Below are positions 7,584 through 16,940 of a DNA stretch of 24,283 bases, piece by piece. The notes beneath the pieces are model-generated. The model did not search any database. It was given only the letters and a program-made list of their open reading frames with translations, and had not been told where the DNA came from. Position numbers and translations under genes: made by a program. Each line of letters opens with the position of its first letter. The stretch's first letter is position 1. Source of the DNA: Cyanobacteria bacterium J06626_4 (lineage in GTDB: Bacteria; Cyanobacteriota; Cyanobacteriia; Phormidesmidales; Phormidesmidaceae); assembly GCA_038523235.1 (NCBI GenBank), contig JBCBJQ010000090.1, forward strand, positions 1-24,283, read 5' to 3'.

Positions 7584-9449
7584 TCAAAGCCCAGACAGCA
7601 TGGCAGTAAAGACACCGGGGAGGTATTGCCAGCTCATGATGATGCTGATGACCGCCACGCAAAACGAAATGGTCAAGACGTAAAACTGCAGCCGTCCGCT
7701 GTTGTTGTATTTCAGCGCTTCACCACTAAATACCGACGCCAATCCCACCAGGTTGACGGCCCCATCGACCAGGTAGCGATCGAGCCAGTCCGTGATTCGA
7801 GACAGCACATCGACGCCAAACACCACGCTGGCGCGATACAAGCGAGGCGTGTAGAAATCGAAGGCAAATAGATTTTGTAACCCCGTCGGCACGAGCTTTT
7901 CTGGATTAGTCACCCGAGGCGTGATGTACAGCGCTGTGCCCACGGCAAACCCAAGAATGCTCGACCAGATTAGGGCCACCCCCATGTCTTTGTTCAGCGT
8001 TATCCAACTCGGCAAGAGGCCCAACGCGCTCAAAATCAGGGGCAGATGCAGCGTCACTCCAGTCGTGATCGCCATCGGCATCACCATGAGCCAGATGGGC
8101 TCCGGTGCTCGTATCGTCATCTGTTTCTGTTCGCCCGCAAAGATCAGGCCAAAGACCCGCGCTAAGCCAAAGGCCACCGTCCAATTGATGGTCAACACGA
8201 GGATGACCAAAATTAGCTGATGATCAAGCCAGAGGCCGGTAACCAGCTTCAGCATGGACCAAAAGCCGCCCAGTGGCGGCAGGGCGACCAGTGCCAGAGA
8301 CCCCGTCAACATCGCCATGCCGGTAACGGGGCGGCGACCCCAGAGCCCGCCCATTTGAGTCACGTCTTGAGTAATGACATTAATAATGATGGAGCCTGCT
8401 CCCATGACCAAAACTGCCATCGCCAGGGCGTAGGTTAGCACCATCAGTAAAGCAGTTTCTGGCTGCTGCGCGCCGATCGCAATAAAGACCAACCCCATGT
8501 AAACGCTAGAGAGATAAGACAGGCTGCGCTTGAGGTCAATTTGCGCGGCCGCAATCAACGCCCCACCCAGCGCGGTGATCGCCCCAACAGCCGTGGTGAC
8601 AGTGAGGACCGTCGGTGACAGTGCCAACACCGGCTCGATCTTAAACAGCACCCAAGCTCCCACCGCAACCACGACCGAGTTCCGCAAAATCGTACTGGGT
8701 AGAGGTCCTTCCATGGCTTCATCCAGCCACAGATGCAAGGGGAACTGAGCACATTTACTCATCGGTCCCGCAATCAACCCAATGCCCAGCAGCGTCAGCA
8801 ACCTCGGATCGGCATTTGCCGTTGTGGCCCAAGCCGCGAGCTCTCGAAAATCCCAAGTATGGGCCAGAGGATAAATCGCCAGCACCCCCATCAACAAAAC
8901 CAAATCGCCCACTCGCTTGGTCAAAAAGGCATCGCGCGCGCCGGTCACCACCAGCGATTGGTTGTACCAAAATCCCACTAATAAATAAGTGCCGAGGGTC
9001 AGAATCTCTAGCAGCATGTAGGCAAAGAACAACGAGTTGCAGAGTACTAGCGCACACATGCCTGCTTCAAAAAAGGCCAGGAAGGCGAAAAACCGCCCCC
9101 AGCCCCAATCCATCTCTAGATAACCGACGGCATAGACTTGAGCCACCAGGTTAAGGCCAGTAATGAGGATGCAAGCCCCAACCGTGATGGCCGATACCTC
9201 AAGGGGAATGGTCAAGTTCAGATCAGCGACCTGCAGCCACGGCACGAAGAAAAACTGATCGGATGATTTGCCCCATAACGCATTGAAGGCCAACAAGCTA
9301 TGGACAAATGCCATTAGGGTAGTGGCAATATTAACGTAGCCAGCGGGGCGCGGCCCCGTGCGGCGAATCAAGGCAGGCGACCAGGGAATCGTTAGCAAGG
9401 CCCCCATTAGGGGATAAAGCGGTATCAGCCAACTCGTTTCAGTAATCAT
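7584..9449 (-). CDS. ndhF3: NAD(P)H-quinone oxidoreductase subunit F3 (NuoL-like)
   Basis: 621 aa with IRRTGPRPAGYVN, GYLEMDWGWGRFF, QSLVVTGARDAFLTKRVGD and KCAQFPLHLWLDEAMEGP, which are typical of NdhF3/F4. The cupA-cupS context indicates F3. Confidence 0.93.
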   Translation of the reverse strand: MITETSWLIPLYPLMGALLTIPWSPALIRRTGPRPAGYVNIATTLMAFVHSLLAFNALWGKSSDQFFFVPWLQVADLNLTIPLEVSAITVGACILITGLNLVAQVYAVGYLEMDWGWGRFFAFLAFFEAGMCALVLCNSLFFAYMLLEILTLGTYLLVGFWYNQSLVVTGARDAFLTKRVGDLVLLMGVLAIYPLAHTWDFRELAAWATTANADPRLLTLLGIGLIAGPMSKCAQFPLHLWLDEAMEGPLPSTILRNSVVVAVGAWVLFKIEPVLALSPTVLTVTTAVGAITALGGALIAAAQIDLKRSLSYLSSVYMGLVFIAIGAQQPETALLMVLTYALAMAVLVMGAGSIIINVITQDVTQMGGLWGRRPVTGMAMLTGSLALVALPPLGGFWSMLKLVTGLWLDHQLILVILVLTINWTVAFGLARVFGLIFAGEQKQMTIRAPEPIWLMVMPMAITTGVTLHLPLILSALGLLPSWITLNKDMGVALIWSSILGFAVGTALYITPRVTNPEKLVPTGLQNLFAFDFYTPRLYRASVVFGVDVLSRITDWLDRYLVDGAVNLVGLASVFSGEALKYNNSGRLQFYVLTISFCVAVISIIMSWQYLPGVFTAMLSGL

Positions 9450-9559
9450 GGGGTTCTGATGTCAGCTCAGAGGGGCAATCGGCGTGACCCAACTCAGCCA
9501 AAGGCAAGTTCCCCAGTGCGATCGCTCGAAATTTTGACCCCGCCGATCAAACTAAAATT

Positions 9560-9606
9560 TCATGCGTGAATCTATGCGGACTGACTTTGGATTGAATTAA
9601 GTCTAT
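9560..9606 (-). promoter_or_regulatory. Putative NdhR/CcmR operator pair upstream of ndhF3
   Basis: ATTG-aattaagt-CTAT (9591-9606) and a weaker TCAT-gcgtgaat-CTAT (9560-9575). The ndhF3 operon is an established NdhR/CcmR target in model cyanobacteria. Confidence 0.55.
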
Positions 9607-10334
9607 GTGTTATTCAGTGTACCGGCAGGGATCTACGTTCGTCTAGAGGTGAATTGGCTTAAGTCAATTTGTGGTTCGTTTATCATTGATAAAAATCGAT
9701 AATCAAACAGCTTCTCTCTGCGCCCTGCTAGATGCGGCAATGTACCAGCTCACGCTTCCCCCATGGGAGCGAAAAGCGGCGCTAGTCTTCATCATCTCCT
9801 AATACAGGCCGTCAGGATAATATTTAAGGCAGCTGATGCAGAATTTCTTTGTGGTAGCCGTTGTTGTGGCGCAGTGGCTAGGTCAATAATGCTGACCGCA
9901 ATGCCACCCTAGGAGGCATGACGCAGCATGGCGGCGCTCTCAACTCTGGATACCGTCAAGGGGGATTCGTGCGGTGAGGCAGCAAACCCAGGGTTCCTCA
10001 GGGCCATGGCCGCTGGCGCGATCGCGATACTCTTAATGATATGTTAGCGATAGCGTCAACCTCAAAGCCTTGCCGGATGGTGCGTTGCGGCTACGCCTAA
10101 CCGCACCCAGCCGCATTGTTTGTTGATGTCTAACTACTGACTCGGTTGTGAGCGCGCGAACAAAAGAACCGCCGTTTTGTCGCCATGATTCACCGCGCTG
10201 ATCAGCCTCTAGTCTCAGTCTTGTCACAATGTCAGATGCTGCCTCAAACTGACGTTTTTGGAGCCTTACCCCCAAGCGGCATCAGCATCTTCGCGCCCAT
10301 ATTGACCGCTAAATGTCACTGCGAGACCATCAGA

Positions 10335-10925
10335 CTAAGGGGCGATGTCCTCCGGTTCATTGATGTCACTCCAAATAGTGCGACGGAAGCTCGTCAGCAT
10401 TTCAATGGCTGGCTCGTCGAAGTATTGCCAATCACTAGGCAGATTGCGACCGTCGTCATACCAGGAATTCTCTAAATCATAGTCGTGAAAGGTAATCCCT
10501 CTGATGCCACCAGGCACCACAACTAGTAACTCTTTGCCGAGGTCGCTCACCCGCGCCAAACTGTCAGAAAATCGAGCAATAAACGACGGGATATCGGTTA
10601 ACGGCGCATCTGCTGACAATGGCGATTGGGCCTGGGCGATCGCATCCTGGGCGGCCAGCTTGTGGTGTATGAGACGAACCCGCTCTCTAAAGCTCGGTTG
10701 CCGCATCTGCACAGTTGGCTTGTAGGGTTGCAAAGTCCATTTCCCTTTAACGGTGTAAATATCGTCAACTTGTCCTTCAAGGGGAATCAAGGGAGACACG
10801 ATCACCTTGGGGTGAGACACCAAAGACTGTAAGGTGGCGTCTTTTTGGCCCACGCCAAGCCGCACTGTGACGACAGATAGACCTGACAACACAAAGGCAC
10901 TTAACAAAAACCAATATCTTGGCAT
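10335..10925 (-). CDS. Hypothetical protein with N-terminal signal or anchor segment
   Basis: 196-aa ORF from ATG 10925 (MPRYWFLLSAFVLSGLSVVTVRLG). No family recognised. Confidence 0.55.
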   Translation of the reverse strand: MPRYWFLLSAFVLSGLSVVTVRLGVGQKDATLQSLVSHPKVIVSPLIPLEGQVDDIYTVKGKWTLQPYKPTVQMRQPSFRERVRLIHHKLAAQDAIAQAQSPLSADAPLTDIPSFIARFSDSLARVSDLGKELLVVVPGGIRGITFHDYDLENSWYDDGRNLPSDWQYFDEPAIEMLTSFRRTIWSDINEPEDIAP

Positions 10926-11643
10926 AGTGATCGCTACCGTGACGCTTGACAAACGCAATCAGGTTCGGAAAAACCTGATCGGAAGATACACATCCAAAGA
11001 AACACAGACATCTCTAACTGACGGCTAGCATAGTCTAGGGGTTTCCTCGGAGCCTCGTAAATAAGGCTCAATTCATAGAAAATTCATAGTCTTTTGTCGA
11101 TTAATCAGTATTTTTTCGATAAAAGAATTTGGTTTTACGTGATTTTGTTTTTAGACCTCTTTAGAAACAGACTTTTGGTCAGTACGTGGCCAGGTTGATG
11201 TAAATAAAAGTTGATGTATTTCTGGCGGATCGCACTTTTTGCGAGTGGTGATGGCGTCGTGCAGTCCATTACTCACACTCGAACAAAATGAGTCCCTCTC
11301 AGCCCCGAGAATCAGAGCTTGATGGAGCCTCAATTGACTGCCGAGAGGGAGATATGGGCGCTGCCAGCGGCACAGCTGGCAGCTGGAATAAGGGCGATCG
11401 CTGCCGGTCATAAATGCTGAATTACGCTCTGCCCCGCTGACGTTGATGGCCGGCGGTATCGCGCCAGGTTTACTGAATTTTCATTTTCCCCGGCTGATCT
11501 GCTGGGGAATTTACATATCCTTGGCTACCTTAATTGGGCGCAGTTAAGATGTTCGCAGGCTTTACCGATGCGGTGAGACTGGCTCCTGAGCTTTTCCCCA
11601 TCAGTCAACACATCTACACCTTGCCCCATCTCCTTTCAACCCT

Positions 11644-12714
11644 ATGCCGAATGAACGCCATCCAGAACTCGAAGGCTATCAGTCTCAACCGCTTTATACC
11701 TTCGAGCTGAAGCGTCAGGGCACTACCCGACGCAATCAACTGCTATGGACGCTGTTAGGACTCACCCTAGGAGTGGGCCTAACCGTAGGGGCCTTGCAGC
11801 TGTGGCCGACGCTGCAGCTCCGGCTGGGAGAGCGACAGCCGGCTCTGGCCACAGATGACCCCTTCCGGCAGGCATTTAACCAGGCCATGAGCGCCGCTGA
11901 ATTGACGCAAACTGCTGAATTCAAAGAAGACTGGAGCCAGGTGGCGATCCTCTGGCAGCAAGCGATTAGCAGTATGAAGGCGGTCTCACCATCGCATCCT
12001 AATTACGACGTGGCGCAACAAAAGCTGGTCGAATACGATCGCAATCTCAAGTACGCCCAGAGTAATGTCGATTCTCGGGCGGCGAGCCAACCCAATGCGC
12101 AATCCTATTGGACGATTGGCTCCGATCGCGAGTTGGTGCTCAAAATTCAAGGCATGCCCGTTCGCGTTAATCAGCACAGCACGACCTGCAAAGAAGTGAT
12201 GTATTACGGCAACAGCACGGTTGAGCTGAAGAACGGCTACGTTGTGGACTATAGCGACTTTGATCGTAATCTCACCGTGTTAGGCGATGAACAGGTGGCG
12301 CTGTCGGTGCAGTCTCGGGCCAATACATGGACCTTAGGATCTACTCAAGAGGACGTATTTCAAGCTCAGGGCACCCCTACTCGCACGAGTACCTCTCAAG
12401 ATGCTGTGACGTTGCACTATAACGAGAGCCTCATCGAACTGGTGAATAATCGGGTGGTGGGCTATACCAACCCGCTTGGCAACTTAAAAGTGTCAATGAT
12501 GCCAGCGGTAGGCAGCAGCGATGTGACCGCAACTTGGGGCTTGGGCTCTAACCGCACAGCAGTTTTGCACGCTGAGCAAACGACGCCCACCGCGGTGGAC
12601 CGGGTTGACAATAGCTGCGAAGAAATCTTCAGCTTTGAAGGCAGCACCGTGACGTTTCGGCGGGGACTGGTGACCGAGTATTCCAACCTCAGCAAAAACC
12701 TGAGTATTCAATAG
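11644..12714 (+). CDS. Membrane-anchored exported protein: one TM helix, a helical domain, then three ~60-aa repeats (SmpA/BamE-like)
   Basis: TM LLWTLLGLTLGVGLTVGALQLW after RR. Helical block DPFRQAFNQAMSAAELTQTA...W...W..AI...YDRNLKYAQ. Repeats start WTIGSDRELVLKIQGMP, WTLGSTQEDVFQAQGTP and WGLGSNRTAVLHAEQTTP. Confidence 0.8.
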   Translation: MPNERHPELEGYQSQPLYTFELKRQGTTRRNQLLWTLLGLTLGVGLTVGALQLWPTLQLRLGERQPALATDDPFRQAFNQAMSAAELTQTAEFKEDWSQVAILWQQAISSMKAVSPSHPNYDVAQQKLVEYDRNLKYAQSNVDSRAASQPNAQSYWTIGSDRELVLKIQGMPVRVNQHSTTCKEVMYYGNSTVELKNGYVVDYSDFDRNLTVLGDEQVALSVQSRANTWTLGSTQEDVFQAQGTPTRTSTSQDAVTLHYNESLIELVNNRVVGYTNPLGNLKVSMMPAVGSSDVTATWGLGSNRTAVLHAEQTTPTAVDRVDNSCEEIFSFEGSTVTFRRGLVTEYSNLSKNLSIQ

Positions 12715-13113
12715 GGTAACCGGTGCTCTCGCCGTCAGCGAGGGGGTGACGGCACTTGCCGCAATCGGTTAATACCCCCATAAACCAGCGTTAATAGCAC
12801 CATAGACCGCCTCCCATATGCTTTAGTCAGGAGTATTCGGAGCGGTGCGATCGCATCTCCGCTGGGCCACAGTTAAGGCTAAGACCGTTCTAATCCACAG
12901 GTGTCCCCGCCCGAGGGAGACTGGGGTTGCGCATAACTGCACGGTTCCTTGGATACGGGCATGATCTCTTGGACTTTTGAGGATTATGGGGGGACGTTGA
13001 TGCCTGTCCCGTATTTCAGTTTGCCTCGGGTGCCGCAGTCTACTAGGCGATTTGTGAACATAACGACCTGCTGTTAGGCGGAGGTTACCCCTCCGATGCG
13101 ATCGATGTCATTA

Positions 13114-13659
13114 ATGTCTAGATTCATTGTGTATGCCTGCCCAGTGGGTGAGTTAGCGACTCAGCTCGAGACGTATTTCGATAAGAGTCGTCACCTCTGC
13201 GGCCCCAATACTGCCCATGACTATATGCCCCACTGCACGCTGACGGGCTTTTTTGAAGATGTCAGCGGGGCAATGCCTCGATACACGCAATCGCTTGAGC
13301 GATCGCTCAAGCGATTGCGGCGATCGCAGCCGACCCCGCCGCTCGAAGTTCAAACCTTGATCTTTCGTCCCGATTGGTACGGCCTAGAACTCTCATCAGA
13401 CTGGTTAAGAAAGCTGATACTCGATTTTGTCTGCACGGCCACCTCCCCCACTCGTAAGTCGCCCCTGCGCCCCAAAGACTGGCTGCATTTGAGTCTGGCT
13501 TATGGCTTTGCGCCAGAGCAGGCTGAGTGCCTCAAATCACTGGCTAAGGATTTGGTTGACGCTCAAGCGGCGGTCACGTGGGAACTCCGGTTTTATCAAC
13601 AACACCCCGATCGCTCCTGGACTTGCCACCAACGCCTACCGCTAGAGGTGCCGTCTTAG
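13114..13659 (+). CDS. 2H-phosphoesterase superfamily protein
   Basis: Two HxT/S motifs (MPHCTLTGFF and WLHLSLAYGF) about 85 aa apart in a ~180-aa protein. Start may be 13096 or 13114. Confidence 0.75.
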   Translation: MSRFIVYACPVGELATQLETYFDKSRHLCGPNTAHDYMPHCTLTGFFEDVSGAMPRYTQSLERSLKRLRRSQPTPPLEVQTLIFRPDWYGLELSSDWLRKLILDFVCTATSPTRKSPLRPKDWLHLSLAYGFAPEQAECLKSLAKDLVDAQAAVTWELRFYQQHPDRSWTCHQRLPLEVPS

Positions 13660-14063
13660 CTTTTCCCCTTCTCATCCGAGTTAGGCATTTGAGGAAATGA
13701 TCGCTAAGGCAGAAGCCTATCTTGGTTCTCAATAGTGTTCTGATCCACCAGTTGTTCTGGACTGAGTGGGCGATCGCGTCTCATTTTCAGTTGAGCTAAT
13801 ATCAGAAAATCCAACCCTGAAATCATGAATAGTCATTAATAATCGTTTTTTTAGTGAATTCAACTAGGGAGAACAAAGATTGAGCTACTGTCTTTTTGCG
13901 GTGAATAAGTCAGTTTAGTGATTGAACCCGGTTGGATTGCTCTTTTGCAGAAAATTTATTTTTGTGAAAAAGCCCTGCTTCAGTATCAAAATTGACTACT
14001 GTAAGGTCGACAGCCGCCTACGTGAGCACTGGCTTGTCGGCTCAAATTAAGAGGCAACTCATC

Positions 14064-14795
14064 ATGCAAGGGCCAGGTCTAGTTTTAGCCATTGGCTTAG
14101 CCTCGATTCATGCTTTCGCCTCAAAACTGAATGTTTTGTCGTTTGTCCCTGAGCATCGATGGATTTCCTTTGCCGGGGGCGTTTCGATTGGTTATGTCTT
14201 TCTCGAGATCTTGCCAGAACTCAGCCACGCCCAAGCAGAGCTGGCACATTCGGCCATTTCGATGGTGGCGTATCTAGAAAATCATGTGTACGTCTTGGCC
14301 CTGCTGGGATTGCTCGTTTTTTATGGTCTCGATATTGTGGCGCTCACCTCTCGCCGCTGGAATCGCCAAACTCACCAAGATGACAGTACTGGCACGGCGG
14401 TGTTTTGGATTCACACCACAGCTTTTGCCGTATTAAACGGGATTTTTGGCTACCTGCTCCAGGATTTAGCCGCCCACAGCATCTTTGAGTGCATCCTGTT
14501 TTTTGTGGCGGTGGCGCTGCACTTTTTTATCATTGACCACAACTTGCGAGAGCATCACCAAACTCTCTATGACCGCCAAGGACGCTGGCTATTGACGGCG
14601 GCGATTATGGTGGGGGCGATCGCGGGCCAAACGATTGAACTGAACGAAGCGGCCATTTCCCTGATCTGGTCCTTTCTCGCTGGCAGCATCATTCTCAATA
14701 TTCTGAAGCGGGAATTGCCAGACGAGCAAAAAAGCTGTTTCGGATCCTTTGTCGGTGGCGCTGCCCTCTACACAGTTTTGATCTTGCTGCTCTGA
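14064..14795 (+). CDS. Integral membrane protein, ZIP-transporter-like
   Basis: About 8 hydrophobic segments. Internal pseudo-repeat SFAGGVSIGYVFLEILPEL / SFLAGSIILNILKRELP. His-rich LHFFIIDHNLREHH. ATG 14064 follows AAGAGG; the ORF track starts at TTG 13992. Confidence 0.65.
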   Translation: MQGPGLVLAIGLASIHAFASKLNVLSFVPEHRWISFAGGVSIGYVFLEILPELSHAQAELAHSAISMVAYLENHVYVLALLGLLVFYGLDIVALTSRRWNRQTHQDDSTGTAVFWIHTTAFAVLNGIFGYLLQDLAAHSIFECILFFVAVALHFFIIDHNLREHHQTLYDRQGRWLLTAAIMVGAIAGQTIELNEAAISLIWSFLAGSIILNILKRELPDEQKSCFGSFVGGAALYTVLILLL

Positions 14796-14868
14796 GGATT
14801 CAAATACCCGTCTTCAGACATCATAGTCTTGGCCTGTTGATTCTTTTTTTAGTCTCTAGAGAGCAATC

Positions 14869-15654
14869 ATGTCATCGAATCAAAATTCCGCTCCAATGTC
14901 TGCACAACTGACTCAAATTACTGAGCAGCAGTGCGGCAATGCCCCCGCGAATTATCGCGATCTGAAGGCGCTATTTCTGAATTGCACACTCAATCGCACG
15001 CCGGTCTTATCTCACACCCGAGGCGTCATCGATATTGCTAAAGCGATTTTTGAAGCTAATGGCGTGCAAACCGAGGTGATTCGTCCGGTCGATTATGACA
15101 TCCCGGCGGGGCTGGGGTTGGACATGTCTGAAACGCCGGAATGGGACAAAGATGATTGGCCACAAATTCAAGCCAAGATTGACGCTACCGATATTTTGGT
15201 GCTCTGTACCTCTGTTTGGCTGGGGGAGAAAAGTTCTGTTTGCAACCGTGTGTTGGAACGGATGTATGGCTATACCCACCTGCTGAATGAAAAGGGCCAG
15301 TACCGCGACTACGGCAAAGTGGGGGCCACCTTAATCACAGGTAATGAAGATGGCGTCAAGCATTGTGCCATGAATATCTTGTTCTCCCTTTCTCACATTG
15401 GCTACACGATTCCGCCTCAGGCCGATGCCGGTTGGCTGGGAGAAGTTGGGCCGGGGCCGTCCTATTTAGATGAGGGCTCTGGCGGGCCAGAGAATGATTT
15501 CACCAATCGCAATACAACTTTCTTGGTGTGGAACTGTCTGCATCTGGCTCGCATGCTGAAGGATAATGGGGGCATTCCCGCCCATGGCAATCAACCCGAC
15601 ACTTGGGAGGCCGGGTGTAAAACGGATTTCAAAAATCCAGAGCATAAGCGCTAG
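14869..15654 (+). CDS. Flavodoxin-like / NAD(P)H-dependent FMN reductase family protein
   Basis: ALFLNCTL...SHTRGV (FMN-binding loop), DILVLCTSVWLGEKSSV, YGKVGATLITGNEDG and FTNRNTTFLVWNCLHLARML. Confidence 0.85.
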   Translation: MSSNQNSAPMSAQLTQITEQQCGNAPANYRDLKALFLNCTLNRTPVLSHTRGVIDIAKAIFEANGVQTEVIRPVDYDIPAGLGLDMSETPEWDKDDWPQIQAKIDATDILVLCTSVWLGEKSSVCNRVLERMYGYTHLLNEKGQYRDYGKVGATLITGNEDGVKHCAMNILFSLSHIGYTIPPQADAGWLGEVGPGPSYLDEGSGGPENDFTNRNTTFLVWNCLHLARMLKDNGGIPAHGNQPDTWEAGCKTDFKNPEHKR

Positions 15655-16055
15655 CGATCGCGTTGCCGTTTTATTCTGATGCTGCATGAAGACCTTCTTG
15701 AGCGGCCATCCCATCATTTCAAACGCCCTTGTGGGGTGGGTGAATCAAAAAAGCGCGGTGTCTGTATCTCGGAGAAGGTTGATCTCGATTTTCAGACGAC
15801 CTGATCGAAAGAGAAAATCCGTTGGGTAGGCTTCCTAGCCTGCCCCAACCCGAGACCTGTTTGCGACTCCTCAACCGACCGCTCAGAAACGGCCAGTATG
15901 GCCATCAACTATCTGGCGTATTTATACGCTAGATATCTGCTTAAAAGGCGGTAAACTACTGGCATGCCCCTATATGTGGCGGTATCCTCGGGCAAATTCG
16001 CGATCGCGCTCACCGGGATGTTTGTTGCGGCTTAACAGCAAATCAGCTTAAAACG

Positions 16056-16940
16056 ATGCCTAGCCAGAACCTGCTGCCTACCCACCTCGAAGTCACCCAA
16101 TCCATCGAAGTTTCAGGCTTGCCGATTGAAGTGGGGATTTTGCCAGACGGGACGCCCTTTTTGTCAGGACGCGGACTGGCTAAAGCCTGTGGAATTTCTA
16201 ACAGCACCTTAGTAGGCTGGGGAGAACTGACGCCCAAAATCGGAGATAAATATCGAGCGGGCAAAATGGCGACCCTGCTAGCGACCTATGGCTATCACGG
16301 CGATCACCTGTTTGTGAGAGTACCGGACGGCGTTAAATTTGCGGGCAAAGCTAACGTTAGTGCTTATCCCTACCAAGTCTGCATGGCGTTTTTAGACTAC
16401 TACTGCTTCGAAGCTAATAAAGAAGACGCTCGCAATAGCCTCCGTATTTTGAGCGAAAAGCAGCTGCCGCAATTTATCTACGAAGCCACTGGTTATCAGC
16501 CGCCAAAAGTCGTCAATGCCCCCCAGAGGCCTGTTCGTGATCGCCCCTCGCCGGATGAAATTGCCACAAACTATTTCAGCGTCGTTCGGGCTATTTCAGC
16601 CGTCAAGCTGCGATCTATGCAAACCGGTTTGCTCCTCGGTTCTCAGGCGATCTCGCATGTCAGTATTGAGCAGGCTTGGAGTCGATATTGGGACACCGAA
16701 AAACTATGGGAGCTTTATGGAGAGCGCTTTCCGCGTCGTCAGCGAGAGTCAACTTCTCCATTGCGGCTCATGCCTACGGGCGCTGTCAAGACTTACATTT
16801 ATCCCATTGCTGCACTTGATCAGTTCAAGCAATGGCTTAATTTGTATTTCATTCCCGAGCGCTTTCCGTCTTATCTGCAGCGCAAGATTAACCAGAGGCC
16901 GGCGGTCTCCATTAAGTGCCTCCCTCAAGCCGGCAGGTAA
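16056..16940 (+). CDS. BstA-like protein (abortive-infection family; KilA-N-like N-terminal region), diverged C-terminal half
   Basis: Blocks colinear with the BstA family as I recall it: EVGILPDGTPFLSGRGLAKACG, AYPYQVCMAFLDYYCFEA, FIYEATGY, NYFSV, VSIEQAWSRYW...LYGER and YPIAALDQFKQWL...PERFPSYL. The 294-aa length is comparable. Confidence 0.75.
   Translation: MPSQNLLPTHLEVTQSIEVSGLPIEVGILPDGTPFLSGRGLAKACGISNSTLVGWGELTPKIGDKYRAGKMATLLATYGYHGDHLFVRVPDGVKFAGKANVSAYPYQVCMAFLDYYCFEANKEDARNSLRILSEKQLPQFIYEATGYQPPKVVNAPQRPVRDRPSPDEIATNYFSVVRAISAVKLRSMQTGLLLGSQAISHVSIEQAWSRYWDTEKLWELYGERFPRRQRESTSPLRLMPTGAVKTYIYPIAALDQFKQWLNLYFIPERFPSYLQRKINQRPAVSIKCLPQAGR

Noticed and set aside
10033..10475. ORFs 10033-10275 (-) and 10185-10475 (+)
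   Set aside because: No recognisable motifs or RBS, they overlap each other, and the second overlaps the 10335-10925 ORF.
13820..13855. Zur/Fur-like box upstream of the ZIP-like gene
   Set aside because: Only a weak partial match (TAATAATCGTTTT) in AT-rich sequence, with no proper dyad.
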